Source: Patescibacteria group bacterium
Lineage (GTDB): Bacteria > Patescibacteriota > Microgenomatia > UBA8517
NCBI GenBank assembly: GCA_041742135.1
Contig: JBGSJG010000001.1
Span: 131,151 to 195,150, forward strand
DNA: 64,000 nt
Direction of reading: 5' to 3'
Shown: positions 30,474-40,349 of the stretch, piece after piece
Layout: every line of letters begins with the position of its first letter
Position numbering within the stretch: position 1 is the stretch's first letter
Program-made: the position numbers and the translations under genes
The notes under the pieces: model-generated
Told to the model about the DNA's origin: nothing
What the model saw: only the letters and a program-made list of their open reading frames with translations
Databases searched by the model: none

Positions 30474-30782
30474 ATGCCTGCCCAAAAATCCAAGGACAAT
30501 AACCTCAAACTTTTATATAGGCTTTTTATCCTGACACTCCTGGCGCTTAGTGCCATGAATCTTGTAATTTTTAAGCTTAACAATCGTGAAACCATTGTTT
30601 ATGCAACTACCGAGCCCACCAGCGAATATTGGGAAAGCTTGATTGCCAAAAACCCGACATATAGAGATGCTTATTTAGTGTTGGCAAGCATCAACAAAGG
30701 CCGGGGGGATTTGGATAAAGCCCAAGAGCTTATAACTAAAGCAAAAAATATTGATCCATATTGGGCACTTGAAGGACTGTAA
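30474..30782 (+). CDS. Hypothetical small protein with an N-terminal TM and a TPR-like repeat
   Basis: …AYLVLASINKGRGDLDKAQELITKAKNIDPYWA… is TPR-like. Confidence 0.35.
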   Translation: MPAQKSKDNNLKLLYRLFILTLLALSAMNLVIFKLNNRETIVYATTEPTSEYWESLIAKNPTYRDAYLVLASINKGRGDLDKAQELITKAKNIDPYWALEGL

Positions 30783-30785
30783 AAA

Positions 30786-31460
30786 CTATTCTGCCGCAGG
30801 TTCTTCGGCTGGAGTTTCGCCTTCAGCTGGAGCTTGTGCTTCTCCTTCAGCTGGTACTTCTTCACCTTCTGCAACTTCAGCTGGTGCTTCTACGACGTCT
30901 TCTTTCTGTGGAGGCTCGACTTTCACAACAATCTGCTCGGCGTCTGCCTCAATTTGAACTTTGGTTTTATCATACTTTAAGTCACTTACAAAAATCGCAG
31001 CGTCTACTTCAGTAAGCTCGGTAACATCAACTTCAAACTTTTCAGGCAAATCAGCTGGCAATGCTGTCACATCAACCTCTGAAATCTGTTGTACAACTGT
31101 GCCAATGCCAGATTTTTCAGCAGGAGACTCGCCAACTATTTCAATAGAAACTGTGGCACTAATTTTCTGAGTTAGGTCAATTTGTCTAAAATCTACATGA
31201 AGAACTTTGTCAGTCACCGGGTGGACTTGAACGTTACTTACAAGAACAGGGTTTGTTGACTTACCAACCGTCAAGTCAATAATTCCAGTCTCGCCTGCTT
31301 CTTTATACACTTCCTCGAAAGCCTCGCTTGAAACTTGAATAGCTTGCGACTTAACTCCTTTGCCAAAAACATTGGCTGGAACCAATTTCTCTTGTCTTAA
31401 TTTTTTTACCTTTCGGCCAAGGATCTCTCTTGGGTCTGCAGATAATTTGTGTTTATTCAT
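30786..31460 (-). CDS. rplY: Ribosomal protein L25 / general stress protein Ctc with an acidic C-terminal extension
   Basis: …REILGRKVKKLRQEKLVPANVFGKG…VLHVDFRQIDL… is the L25/Ctc beta-barrel signature. Glu/Ala-rich tail. Confidence 0.8.
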   Translation of the reverse strand: MNKHKLSADPREILGRKVKKLRQEKLVPANVFGKGVKSQAIQVSSEAFEEVYKEAGETGIIDLTVGKSTNPVLVSNVQVHPVTDKVLHVDFRQIDLTQKISATVSIEIVGESPAEKSGIGTVVQQISEVDVTALPADLPEKFEVDVTELTEVDAAIFVSDLKYDKTKVQIEADAEQIVVKVEPPQKEDVVEAPAEVAEGEEVPAEGEAQAPAEGETPAEEPAAE

Positions 31461-33825
31461 TTGTGAAAGTAAGTTCAGAAATAAAATCAGAGCTTAGGTT
31501 CGTATTATAACCAAAGCTACCCTCATCGGTCAAGCCGAAAGGGGGATTTGAACTAAACTGCCGGACATTGGGAGCATCCAGTGTCACACTTAAAGGAAAC
31601 TCTCCTGTTCCCGACTGTTTCCAAAAGTGAAGCTTAAGCTTGTTTGGTTTTTGGTCAAAGGGAACCCTCCAACTATAAGTAAGAGTTTTTGTTTCACCCG
31701 GTAGAACTTCCAAAATTACCCCATATTCGTTTCTGTTTGACAAACGCGTACTGTCAATATCTAGCCACTCGGCCTTACTTCCTGACAGCTGTGCTGTGGG
31801 AAACTGTGCTTCTAAAGGCGCCAAGCCTCGCACGTAGACTTTGTAGCGCTCCTCCGGGATGCGCTCCAGCCCTTCTGAAGTGTTTGTGAGTGTGAGGCTA
31901 AGTGCTTGCTCAATGTATATATCTTTAATTGTGGAGCGAAGCGCAACTTGTCTTTTTACAAAATAATTAGCTTTATTAACGCCAACATTGGCCTCTACAA
32001 CACCTAATGGTAAATACATGCAACCCTCTTCACAATCCTTATTAAAGACTCCCCCATCCCAACCTAAATCTGAAAGTAGCGTGGCAACATCGGTGTTGTG
32101 CAAATACACCTGAATATCCCTCGCATCAACGCTCTTAACTGTCGAGCCCAAAAGATCAATCGTTTTTGTGCTTAAAGACTCGCCCATCTTAAGAATTAAT
32201 GCATCAGACAAAGCGGACAAATACTGAGCTTTTTTTCTCGACCCCGGAAAGAAGTTGTCCTCCACTTCGTACTTAACTTTTTCGTACATATTTTTGCTGT
32301 CTATGGTTTCGCCAAAAGTAGAAAGATAGACCGGGCCCAAAACCTCCAAATAATTTTTGACGCTTTCAAGATTGATGGCAATTACCCCTGCCACGTCTCG
32401 ATCAAGAGTCTTGTCCAAAAACCACTCTGCTCGCTCTGCAGATGTGGGAAAATCCGGATCCCAGTTTGAGTCACGCATTTTCCAGCTTGCCTCACCCAAG
32501 TGCTCGACAATTGGTGCTGGCGGCTCAATATAGCCTTTAAGCTGGCCATCAGCGGAGTAGACGTCATAGACGGTGTCATCGATTAGTTCCCCGCGCGCGA
32601 GTGTGACTAACGCAAACGAACCAATAAAACCTCCTGTAGGTCTAAGTTCCATGTTGTTTTGCAGAAGTAACAAATATGTCTGTGGTGTGTTATAGCCGAG
32701 AAGCTCGGGGAGATTTTTTGTAAACTTGCTCGACAAAAGAACATATTCGCTAAGTTTCGCAACGTCGACTTCAAGCGAAGGGGTGAAGCTTAAAACGTAT
32801 TCAAGATCAGTTCTAAAGACAATCATGTCTTGGTAAAGCGATGCAAGTTTCACAGACAAGTTGTGAGACAGGCCAGCTACACTTGTGGCATCATTGGTTT
32901 GAGCAATATCTTTAGCTAACATCAGCGCGTCGACAGCTTTTTGTAGAACTAGGTTTGCATTTGAAAGTGAGTTGGCGGTATTTCTCGCAGGAAAGCGAAG
33001 CGTGTCCAACACCTTCGCTGTGGGTACCGAAAGTGTACTCGAAGCTTTCAGAAGATTAATTGTCTTTAGATAATTTCCAGTAGTCAAAGATTTATACCCC
33101 CAATAGCTTAAACCCAAGGATGCACCGAGAAGCAAATACGGCATAACAAGTAAGGCCATAACCAGAAGCAGAGCCGAAACGATAGTTTTTTTGGGAAAGC
33201 TAGTTGTTTTAGAAGGTGTCTGTTTTACGGCTAACTGTGCTAGATCAATTTTCGCTTCTTCAACTTGAATGTCTCCTCTTGGCATTCTTGGAGCAAGGCG
33301 TAAATCCACCGAAACGGTTGCGTTTGGGTTTATAAACTTCACATACTCCCCGAACGACACAAGCTTGCCAAAAAGAAAGGATTTATTCTCGGGAAACGAA
33401 AACAGCAAAGCAACTATCTTGGCAAACAGCTCTTCCTGAGTAACCACAGCAAACCAAGCTTCTTTGGGAACCAAAACATGTGGATGCTGCGACTTAGCAT
33501 GCAGATCAGATATTAACTGGGCATGCCCAGGAACGACGTTGTCGACGAATATTTGCTTTGCCAAAACAGACGAAACCAGTCCTTCCCTACTCTTTGATGA
33601 ATTGACCACCACAACTCTGGGTTTTACTTGTTGAATAAAGGACAAAAGATTCCGGTCCGAAACCAACTTTCCATCCAAATCAAGAATTACCAAATACGTA
33701 ACGTTTAGTGGAATACGAGACGGCTTAGAAACTAAACCGGCGGCGCAACCTTTAGTTTTTAAATGCTCAACAAGAGCACTGCCAAGTGTCCGTTCACGAG
33801 AGATCACACATACGATTGGAGACAT
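31453..33825 (-). CDS. Large (790 aa) membrane-anchored hypothetical protein. It recalls the DUF4012-type proteins common in CPR genomes, but the family assignment is unverified.
   Basis: A cytoplasmic N-terminal ~200 aa, a single TM at about 210-235, then a long extracytoplasmic region. No catalytic motif recognised. Confidence 0.45.
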   Translation of the reverse strand: MSPIVCVISRERTLGSALVEHLKTKGCAAGLVSKPSRIPLNVTYLVILDLDGKLVSDRNLLSFIQQVKPRVVVVNSSKSREGLVSSVLAKQIFVDNVVPGHAQLISDLHAKSQHPHVLVPKEAWFAVVTQEELFAKIVALLFSFPENKSFLFGKLVSFGEYVKFINPNATVSVDLRLAPRMPRGDIQVEEAKIDLAQLAVKQTPSKTTSFPKKTIVSALLLVMALLVMPYLLLGASLGLSYWGYKSLTTGNYLKTINLLKASSTLSVPTAKVLDTLRFPARNTANSLSNANLVLQKAVDALMLAKDIAQTNDATSVAGLSHNLSVKLASLYQDMIVFRTDLEYVLSFTPSLEVDVAKLSEYVLLSSKFTKNLPELLGYNTPQTYLLLLQNNMELRPTGGFIGSFALVTLARGELIDDTVYDVYSADGQLKGYIEPPAPIVEHLGEASWKMRDSNWDPDFPTSAERAEWFLDKTLDRDVAGVIAINLESVKNYLEVLGPVYLSTFGETIDSKNMYEKVKYEVEDNFFPGSRKKAQYLSALSDALILKMGESLSTKTIDLLGSTVKSVDARDIQVYLHNTDVATLLSDLGWDGGVFNKDCEEGCMYLPLGVVEANVGVNKANYFVKRQVALRSTIKDIYIEQALSLTLTNTSEGLERIPEERYKVYVRGLAPLEAQFPTAQLSGSKAEWLDIDSTRLSNRNEYGVILEVLPGETKTLTYSWRVPFDQKPNKLKLHFWKQSGTGEFPLSVTLDAPNVRQFSSNPPFGLTDEGSFGYNTNLSSDFISELTFTNE

Positions 33826-33992
33826 TACTCATAATAGCCGTAGTACTCATTTGGGGCAACTTCTTGCCATGAACTTTCACTTATAGTTATTCCTTTTATA
33901 CACGCATTTTTTAACACTCTACACTCGATTTTTCAAACTATAAGTGAAATTATTTCCACAAGGCATATCCTATATTACACGTCGGACAAATC

Positions 33993-34391
33993 CTATTTTC
34001 GGGAGTCGAGACACTGATTAACCAGTAGATCTGCCACGGGGTTACCTTCCCGAACAGTATGAAGATATTCCACTGAAACTTGCGATTGGTTTTCAAGGTT
34101 TTTAGCCTCTTGCCACAGATCGTAAAGTGCCGCGTTTTTAACTTTGTATCTGCCTATCATTTGCCTCTGCACAAGTTCCGAGTCCATCACGATCGCCGTG
34201 TTGTCTGTAGCGTTTTTTACTGTCCAGCTTAAGGCCATTATTAAAGCGTTATACTCTGCAACGTTATTGGTGGTCTCCCCTAAGTACTTTGACTCGTGGT
34301 AAACCTCTTGCCCCTGAGCATCTACTACAACAATCGCTGAAGCCGCAGGCCCCGGGTTTCCTCGTGAGCCGCCATCGCAATATATTTTCAT
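33993..34391 (-). CDS. rnhA: Ribonuclease HI-like (RNase H fold)
   Basis: MKIYCDGGSRGNPGPAASA…AEYNALIMAL…VMDSELV…NPVAD matches the RNase H DEDD layout. Confidence 0.75.
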   Translation of the reverse strand: MKIYCDGGSRGNPGPAASAIVVVDAQGQEVYHESKYLGETTNNVAEYNALIMALSWTVKNATDNTAIVMDSELVQRQMIGRYKVKNAALYDLWQEAKNLENQSQVSVEYLHTVREGNPVADLLVNQCLDSRK

Positions 34392-35569
34392 TTCTCGATT
34401 TTAGCAGAATTAGGAGTAAGCCCCAGTACCAAAAATAACAAATAGCTCGTCTGGGTTAAGGTTAGCCAGTAATGATCAAACATCCCCGTGAGAACAATTG
34501 CGATAACAGCCAGTGTGTTAATTTTATTCATACGAGTAACAACCGCAAACACAGAAAGGAGTAATCCAACAAAACCCACTTCCGAGATTAAAAGTAAAAA
34601 AATATTATGAACGGGTTGAAGCCACCAGCCTGTGCCGTTTGACGAAAACTCACCAACCATTGCAGGAAAAGCTCCTAGGCCCACACCAACCAGCGGAAAA
34701 GTAGCGACGAGCCTGCCAGCAATTTCGTTTAGCTGGGCTCTTTGCACTAGCTCTCGCGAAGTAAACGAAAACATAAACCCACTAATAGTTAAAAAAAGCG
34801 AAGCTAAGACTGAGCTGACCACAAACTTTAATTTGGCCAGCTTTAGTTTACTTACAACAGGCAAAACCAAAGGAGCCATGAAAAGCGCTAGCCATGCATT
34901 TTGCGAAAAAGATAAAATTACCAACAATATGCTTACCAACGCTATCGCGCGGCTGGCAAAATGCTTCTGGTGAATATATAAAAACAGAGTAACGAGCGCA
35001 TAACCTCCAAGCGCGTTTGGGTGAGGAAATGTACTATATGGCCGGAGAAACTCTCTTCCGAAAATGCTGGCCAACGCAATTCCCGGAGTGTTTGCATTAA
35101 AAGACCTCTCCCCCAGAAGATAGAAAAGTCCTCCAATAGACGACGATCGCAAGACTTGAAACAGGGCCAAAACCAAAACTACACAAAGTGAAATAAGCAG
35201 TGGAGTACGAATAGTTTCTAAGACATTTTTCTGCTTATGTATGTAAAGCGCTAGGCTTAGCATCAATGCCACCCTTCCCCACTTATAAAAGCTGACCCAA
35301 GGCAATTGGGAAAATACAGTGTTTGCCAGCGCAAGCAATATGAACATGCCTATCACATAACGATACTTAAGAAGAATTGACAGTCTGTATTCGGTCGACA
35401 TAAACCAAGCCAAAAAAGTTAGCGCCCAGACAAGATCGATAAAATATATAGCAGGGGCTAAATAATCAACGCGAAGGCCATAGACAAATGCGTAATCTGG
35501 CCAAAAATAAAGAGCTAATTGTGAAGGTAGTAGAAGTACGAAAAGAAAAAAAAGTTTTTTATGAATCAC
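34388..35569 (-). CDS. O-antigen ligase-like (Wzy_C) polytopic membrane protein
   Basis: About 10-12 TM helices. The periplasmic loop has …PHPNALGGYALV… and …PVHNIFLLLISEVGFVGLLL…, resembling the Wzy_C signature. Confidence 0.55.
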   Translation of the reverse strand: MIHKKLFFLFVLLLPSQLALYFWPDYAFVYGLRVDYLAPAIYFIDLVWALTFLAWFMSTEYRLSILLKYRYVIGMFILLALANTVFSQLPWVSFYKWGRVALMLSLALYIHKQKNVLETIRTPLLISLCVVLVLALFQVLRSSSIGGLFYLLGERSFNANTPGIALASIFGREFLRPYSTFPHPNALGGYALVTLFLYIHQKHFASRAIALVSILLVILSFSQNAWLALFMAPLVLPVVSKLKLAKLKFVVSSVLASLFLTISGFMFSFTSRELVQRAQLNEIAGRLVATFPLVGVGLGAFPAMVGEFSSNGTGWWLQPVHNIFLLLISEVGFVGLLLSVFAVVTRMNKINTLAVIAIVLTGMFDHYWLTLTQTSYLLFLVLGLTPNSAKIEK

Positions 35570-36042
35570 ACGGGTTTAACCACCAAGTAACGGGCTGCAC
35601 CTTCTCCGACCGATTCTGTGACCACATCGCCTTCTTCTGATAACACCAAATGAACCACGCGGCGCTGCGAAGGAGACAAGTTGTAAAGCATTTGTGGCTG
35701 TCCAGTAGTTTTAGCCCTCTCTGCTGTTTGATGCGCCAATTGGGCAAGATGCTCTTCATGCTTACTGCGCCAGTCTCCCACATCTACAACAACCCTCACC
35801 CATTCCCCTGTTTGTTGCTTGACTACCATTGCCAAAAAAGACTGTATTGCAGTCAAAGTTGACCCGTGTGCCCCAATTAAAAGACCCGCCTCTTCAGGAG
35901 CATTTATGTTGACATTAAAAACCGACTCCCCTGCCTCGTCGGTATCAGTAACCGTAACCTCTGCCTCAATACCAACTTTGCTCAAAAGCTCGACTGCAAT
36001 TTTTTGTACCTCGTCAGAAGAAATTACCTTTTTATCAGCCAT
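35566..36042 (-). CDS. jag: Jag/KhpB-like RNA-binding protein (KH + R3H domains)
   Basis: The position immediately downstream of yidC is conserved. A KH-like region is followed by an R3H motif (…LSPSQRRVVHLVLSEEGDVVTESVGEG…). Confidence 0.75.
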   Translation of the reverse strand: MADKKVISSDEVQKIAVELLSKVGIEAEVTVTDTDEAGESVFNVNINAPEEAGLLIGAHGSTLTAIQSFLAMVVKQQTGEWVRVVVDVGDWRSKHEEHLAQLAHQTAERAKTTGQPQMLYNLSPSQRRVVHLVLSEEGDVVTESVGEGAARYLVVKPV

Positions 36043-36060
36043 GGCGCAATTGTAGCAAAA

Positions 36061-36942
36061 TTATTTTACTTTAGCTAGCGCACGAAGCTTGTTAATGATT
36101 GGCGTGGCTCCACCCCAACCTGTAGCACGATACTGCTGCCATATTTGGAAGGTGGAAAAAGCCAACCAATAAAGAGCGAGGGAAGAAGGGAATGAAACAC
36201 CGATCAGTATCGTCATGAGCGGGAAGGTATAAATCATCGAAGACTGCATTGCCACCTGAAAATCATCTGATTTATCTTTTGTCTTTGCTGCCACCTTTTT
36301 CTCGGCCTCAACCAAAGGAGCAGACATTTTGGCTGATATAAATTGTAGTGCGCTTGCCAGTAGTAAAAATACTCCCGGAATTGGTAAAGATACATTGGTA
36401 AGACCAAGAAGCTGATTAAGTGTGTCGGGCTTAGTAATGTCTAAGTACAAAAACCTTGTGTTTACCACCTCTCCTGCAGCAATCTTAAGTGGCTCGTACA
36501 AAAGCACGTTAAAGTGCTCGGCCACTGTTCCCTCGCCGGTAAACACTAAAGTAAATACGCGAAATAGAAAAATCAAAATCATAATTTGAAGAAGGTATGG
36601 CAAGCAACCATTTGAAGGGTTAATCCCCTTCTCTTTATAAAAATCAGCCTGTGCTTTGGCGAGCTTGGCCTTATCTCCTTTGTGTTTTTCTTTTAGTCTT
36701 TGAATGTCTTTCGCGTAAGACTTCATCTTTTTCATAGAATCCATGTACGGCTTGGTTAAAGGAGTCGTCACGAATCGCAAGAAAACTGAAAAAGCAATTA
36801 TAGCCAAGCCCATATTGCCTCCACAAATTCGGTAGAAGATTAAAAGTCCGTTGGCCAAAGGCTCTGTGAAAATAGTTCTAAATATGTCCATGCTATGTAT
36901 TGTCCCCTTTCTTGGGCACCGGGTCAAATCCGCTTCCGCCAA
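36061..36942 (-). CDS. yidC: Membrane protein insertase YidC/Oxa1 (short form)
   Basis: YidC core (…[22 protein letters not shown]…) with 5 TM helices. The true start is probably MDIFRT at about 36891, so overlap with yidD is small. Confidence 0.85.
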   Translation of the reverse strand: MAEADLTRCPRKGTIHSMDIFRTIFTEPLANGLLIFYRICGGNMGLAIIAFSVFLRFVTTPLTKPYMDSMKKMKSYAKDIQRLKEKHKGDKAKLAKAQADFYKEKGINPSNGCLPYLLQIMILIFLFRVFTLVFTGEGTVAEHFNVLLYEPLKIAAGEVVNTRFLYLDITKPDTLNQLLGLTNVSLPIPGVFLLLASALQFISAKMSAPLVEAEKKVAAKTKDKSDDFQVAMQSSMIYTFPLMTILIGVSFPSSLALYWLAFSTFQIWQQYRATGWGGATPIINKLRALAKVK

Positions 36943-37111
36943 AAGGGTGGCAGCGTGAAATGCGCTTAACGCCCAACAAGCTCCCTTTTAAAAGTCCATG
37001 TTTCTCAATTGCTTCACTAGCGTACTCCGAGCAACTCGGAAAATACCTGCACCCTCCTCCAAATAATAGCTTAATCAAAAATGAAAAAGTAGATTTATAA
37101 AGCTTAAGCAT
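36893..37111 (-). CDS. yidD: Membrane protein insertion efficiency factor YidD
   Basis: …[19 protein letters not shown]…[14 protein letters not shown] is the YidD signature. Confidence 0.8.
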   Translation of the reverse strand: MLKLYKSTFSFLIKLLFGGGCRYFPSCSEYASEAIEKHGLLKGSLLGVKRISRCHPFGGSGFDPVPKKGDNT

Positions 37112-37454
37112 TTTTAGTTAACCCAGCCTTTTTTAAGGCTTCAAAGGCTTCAAGCATAAGCTCAGAAGTGTACTTTTTCACGATTATTGGCTTAGCCAAA
37201 TAAACAACATCGTAACCCGGTTTAAGCTCGGTTAGTTTAACTCTCACGCCTTCGGAAAGAGCTCGTTTTGCAAAAGTTCTTTTACTTGCATTGGGGGTAA
37301 TTTTTGAAGAAACTACAAAGCCAAACCTTGATGGCTCACTATCCCCTCTTTTAAGGACCGCGATAGAAAAGGATTCACTTCCAAAAAGTTTGCCACCATC
37401 TTTCACGCGCTTAAATTCTCGATCTTCACGCAATCGGTTAGCATAGGCAAGCAT
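37104..37454 (-). CDS. rnpA: RNase P protein component
   Basis: Basic about 115-aa protein with an RNR-like motif region (…FGFVVSSKI…[13 protein letters not shown]…), in the canonical rpmH-rnpA-yidD-yidC context. Confidence 0.8.
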   Translation of the reverse strand: MLAYANRLREDREFKRVKDGGKLFGSESFSIAVLKRGDSEPSRFGFVVSSKITPNASKRTFAKRALSEGVRVKLTELKPGYDVVYLAKPIIVKKYTSELMLEAFEALKKAGLTKNA

Positions 37455-37457
37455 AGT

Positions 37458-37598
37458 TTAAACAGTTAATCTGGCGCGCCCTATCGCGCGTCTTCTTTGA
37501 AGCACTTTTCTTCCGCCTTTTGTGGCCATTTTAGCTCTGAAGCCAAATCGCCTCTTTCGCCTTAGACTGCTTGGTTGATATGTCCTTTTGGTTGACAT
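37458..37598 (-). CDS. rpmH: Ribosomal protein L34. Not in the supplied ORF track because it is too short.
   Basis: The reverse complement translates to [46 protein letters not shown], a textbook L34, immediately upstream of rnpA. Confidence 0.9.
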   Translation of the reverse strand: MSTKRTYQPSSLRRKRRFGFRAKMATKGGRKVLQRRRAIGRARLTV

Positions 37599-37715
37599 GG
37601 TGAAATTTTAACACACAAGAGCCGACCTTGCCAGTTTAGAATATTAGTTCGCATATTTTGTGGGTTGAGTTTTGTGGATAACTTTTCTACCATGTAGTAC
37701 TTCTTCTGCCCGAAG
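37599..37715. promoter_or_regulatory. rpmH-dnaA intergenic region, a putative oriC segment with a DnaA box
   Basis: Perfect TGTGGATAA (reverse complement of TTATCCACA) at 37673-37681. A weaker TGTGGGTTG lies just upstream. The region holds the divergent rpmH and dnaA promoters. Confidence 0.6.
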
Positions 37716-39095
37716 TTGAATATGCAAAAACCAGATAAAGAAAAGGTTTGGGCGGAGGTGTTGGCAAGCGCAAGAGTCGCAGTTTCTGACGCCACTTACA
37801 ATACTTGGCTGGTTAACACACATCTGGATTCACTAAGAAAAGTGGACACCAATCGCTATATTGCTGAAATAGGTTGCAACAGTTCATATGTAAAAGCGAC
37901 GGTAGAAAAACGTTACTTCGGTCTTCTGCAAGATGCGCTTATTAAGGTTCTTGGAAGCCCGTGCGACCTGGTATTTGAAGTGAAAGGGGGAGTAGAACAA
38001 ATTGCCAACTTTACACCAGCAGTTACCCCACTTTTTCAAAAAGAGGAGAGTGAGGAAAATCTTATGCGTAAAGTTGCCAGTTCAAGACTTAGGCCGGGAT
38101 TTAAGTTTGAGAACTTTGCCGTATCAGCCACAAATCACATGGCCCAAGCAGCCGCCGAGGCAGTAGCCCGCGAACCCGGCAGCTCATACAATCCACTTTT
38201 TATTTGGGGTGGGGTGGGGGTAGGAAAAACTCATCTGATGCACGCAGTAGGGCACAGACTCCTTGCCACAAGTGATAAACAAGTTCTAGCTGTGACAGGG
38301 GAGGATTTCACAAACGACATTGTGGAGGGAATAAGAAACAAAACAACCCAAGCATTTAGAAATAAATATCGAAAGCTGGATGCCTTACTGATTGATGACA
38401 TTCAGTTCATTGCAGGCAAAGACGCGGTTCAGGATGAGTTTTTTCACACTTTTAACGCGGTTTTGGCAGCGGGGGGACAAATAATCATGACTGCAGACAA
38501 ACCTCCCCAAGAAATTGCGAGGTTAGAGGAGCGCCTTTTGAGCAGGTTTCAAGCTGGGCTAATTGTGGACATTAGCCCACCAGACTTCGAGCTTCGGTGC
38601 GCAATTGTCCAAATTAAGTCAGACGAGAAAGCCTTGGGGATCACGCCAGAGCTGGTACAAGTAATCGCTGGATCGGTGGTTTCAGCCCGCGCCTTAGAAG
38701 GCTTTTTAACCAGACTTCAATCCGAATCAAAACTTAAAAGTCGACCAATAGACATGGAGCTTGTGAGCTCAATTTTAGGCAAAGGAGTGGAGGAGAAAAA
38801 AATGGTAGTTTCAGATCCCGATAAAATAATCGATGCGATTTGCACTCACTACACGATAGGGAAGCGTGCACTACTAGGCAAAAGCCGCAGCCGGCTGTCT
38901 GCTCACCCTAGACAAATCCTTATGTATATTCTTCGAACAGAACTTAACCTGCCACTCGAAGAAGTGGGGAGGCTTGTTGGGGGGCGAGATCACTCAACCG
39001 TTATTCACGGTGTGGATAAAATCACCAAAATGGCCGCGGTCAATGTGGGTATCCGTGAGGAAATCTTCCGGATAAAAGGTTTTTTTGGTGGATAA
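37716..39095 (+). CDS. dnaA: Chromosomal replication initiator DnaA
   Basis: AAA+ Walker A (FIWGGVGVGKTHLMHAVG), box VII/sensor motifs, and a C-terminal DNA-binding domain (…HSTVIHGV…). Confidence 0.95.
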   Translation: MNMQKPDKEKVWAEVLASARVAVSDATYNTWLVNTHLDSLRKVDTNRYIAEIGCNSSYVKATVEKRYFGLLQDALIKVLGSPCDLVFEVKGGVEQIANFTPAVTPLFQKEESEENLMRKVASSRLRPGFKFENFAVSATNHMAQAAAEAVAREPGSSYNPLFIWGGVGVGKTHLMHAVGHRLLATSDKQVLAVTGEDFTNDIVEGIRNKTTQAFRNKYRKLDALLIDDIQFIAGKDAVQDEFFHTFNAVLAAGGQIIMTADKPPQEIARLEERLLSRFQAGLIVDISPPDFELRCAIVQIKSDEKALGITPELVQVIAGSVVSARALEGFLTRLQSESKLKSRPIDMELVSSILGKGVEEKKMVVSDPDKIIDAICTHYTIGKRALLGKSRSRLSAHPRQILMYILRTELNLPLEEVGRLVGGRDHSTVIHGVDKITKMAAVNVGIREEIFRIKGFFGG

Positions 39096-39251
39096 CTTGT
39101 GCAAAAGCGTAAACACTTGTCCACGTTTCCACACGAAATACTATATAAGAAACAAATTGTAAACAAAAATTGGCGAGCCTAGCTTGAAGCTGATATTCCC
39201 CAATCCACATTACTACTACTGCTACTACTATTTAAGTAATGTATAATCCTA
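39096..39251. promoter_or_regulatory. dnaA-dnaN intergenic region, a putative oriC segment with degenerate DnaA boxes and an AT-rich (TAC)n tract (candidate DNA unwinding element)
   Basis: GGTGGATAA at 39087-39095, TTGTCCACG at 39117-39125, TTTCCACAC at 39126-39134, AATCCACAT at 39202-39210, and tactactactgctactacta at 39211-39230. Confidence 0.55.
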
Positions 39252-40349
39252 GTGAAGATGAAAACAACCGTTTTACAAAAAGATTTGAATAAAATATTGT
39301 CTATTTCTTCTCGTTTTGTTTCTCCTCATGCAGCACTCCCAGTCCTTTCAAATTTCAAGATTCACACTAAAGGCGCAAAACTAATAATTGAAGCTACAAA
39401 TCTTGAAATGTCGATCTCTGGCTCAATCGGAGCACAAACCACGGAGGAAGGTGAAGTGGCAATTCCAGCACGCGTTTTAACTGATGTTGTTTCCAATCTT
39501 TCAGGAGAAAAAATTGAGCTTTCGCTTGATGGAGAAAACCTAACTGTTGAATCTGAAGGTTTTAGTGCGCAGGTTTTGGGCTTAAATGCTTCGGAATTTC
39601 CGGAAGTGCCAAGCGCTGCTGATAAGGCTGTTGAAATCCCCAAAGAAGAGTTGTTGAATGCTGTTTCTAAAGTCATTTTTGCAAGCTCGGGGGACGATAC
39701 ACGTCCTGCTTTGGCAGGGGTTTTGTTTTATTTTGAAAGTGAAAACCTTTCTCTTGTAAGCTCTGACGGCTTTAGGCTGTCTAGGAAAATTGTTAAACAT
39801 AAATCGCCCGCAAGCTTTAAGTTGATTATCCCGAAAAATATTCTCCTTGAGCTTGTAAAAATCGGAAAAGATGCCAAGAAGCTTTCCTTGCATGTTAACC
39901 AAGATGATAAACAGATTATTTTTTTAGTAGACGATATCGTTTTATCTAGTAGGTTGGTGGAAGGGGAGTATCCGCCATACGAGAAGATTATTCCCGAGTC
40001 GGGAAGTACGGTGGTAAATGTTTCAAAGGTGGATCTGCAAAAAGCGGTTAGGCTTGCTTCAGTTTTTTCACGCGATGGGGCTAATATTGTTACTTTAGAG
40101 ATTAAAGAGGGGAGTGTGCGTGTTTTGGGCGAAAGCGCTAAGTCGGGAAGTCAGGTTAGTCTTGTTGCGGCAAAGCTCATCGGGCCCGAGCTTTCAATTT
40201 TATATAACTACCGATACCTTGAAGAGTTTCTAGGTGTCGTGAGCGGGGAGAGTGTCGAGATGCGTTTTAACAGTCCCACTGCCGCTGGGGTGTTTCTAGA
40301 TTCTTCAGATGGTTTCTATCTCCACCTGATCATGCCAGTGAAGAGTTAA
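39252..40349 (+). CDS. dnaN: DNA polymerase III beta sliding clamp
   Basis: About 365 aa with the three-domain clamp pattern (MKMKTTVLQKDLNKILSISSRFVS… at the N-terminus), directly downstream of dnaA. Confidence 0.9.
   Translation: MKMKTTVLQKDLNKILSISSRFVSPHAALPVLSNFKIHTKGAKLIIEATNLEMSISGSIGAQTTEEGEVAIPARVLTDVVSNLSGEKIELSLDGENLTVESEGFSAQVLGLNASEFPEVPSAADKAVEIPKEELLNAVSKVIFASSGDDTRPALAGVLFYFESENLSLVSSDGFRLSRKIVKHKSPASFKLIIPKNILLELVKIGKDAKKLSLHVNQDDKQIIFLVDDIVLSSRLVEGEYPPYEKIIPESGSTVVNVSKVDLQKAVRLASVFSRDGANIVTLEIKEGSVRVLGESAKSGSQVSLVAAKLIGPELSILYNYRYLEEFLGVVSGESVEMRFNSPTAAGVFLDSSDGFYLHLIMPVKS

Noticed and set aside
39211-39230. (TAC)6-like microsatellite between dnaA and dnaN as a variable tandem repeat
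   Set aside because: It is short and interrupted (tactactactgctactacta) and sits where an AT-rich DNA-unwinding element is expected. It is interpreted as part of oriC rather than a phase-variation repeat.
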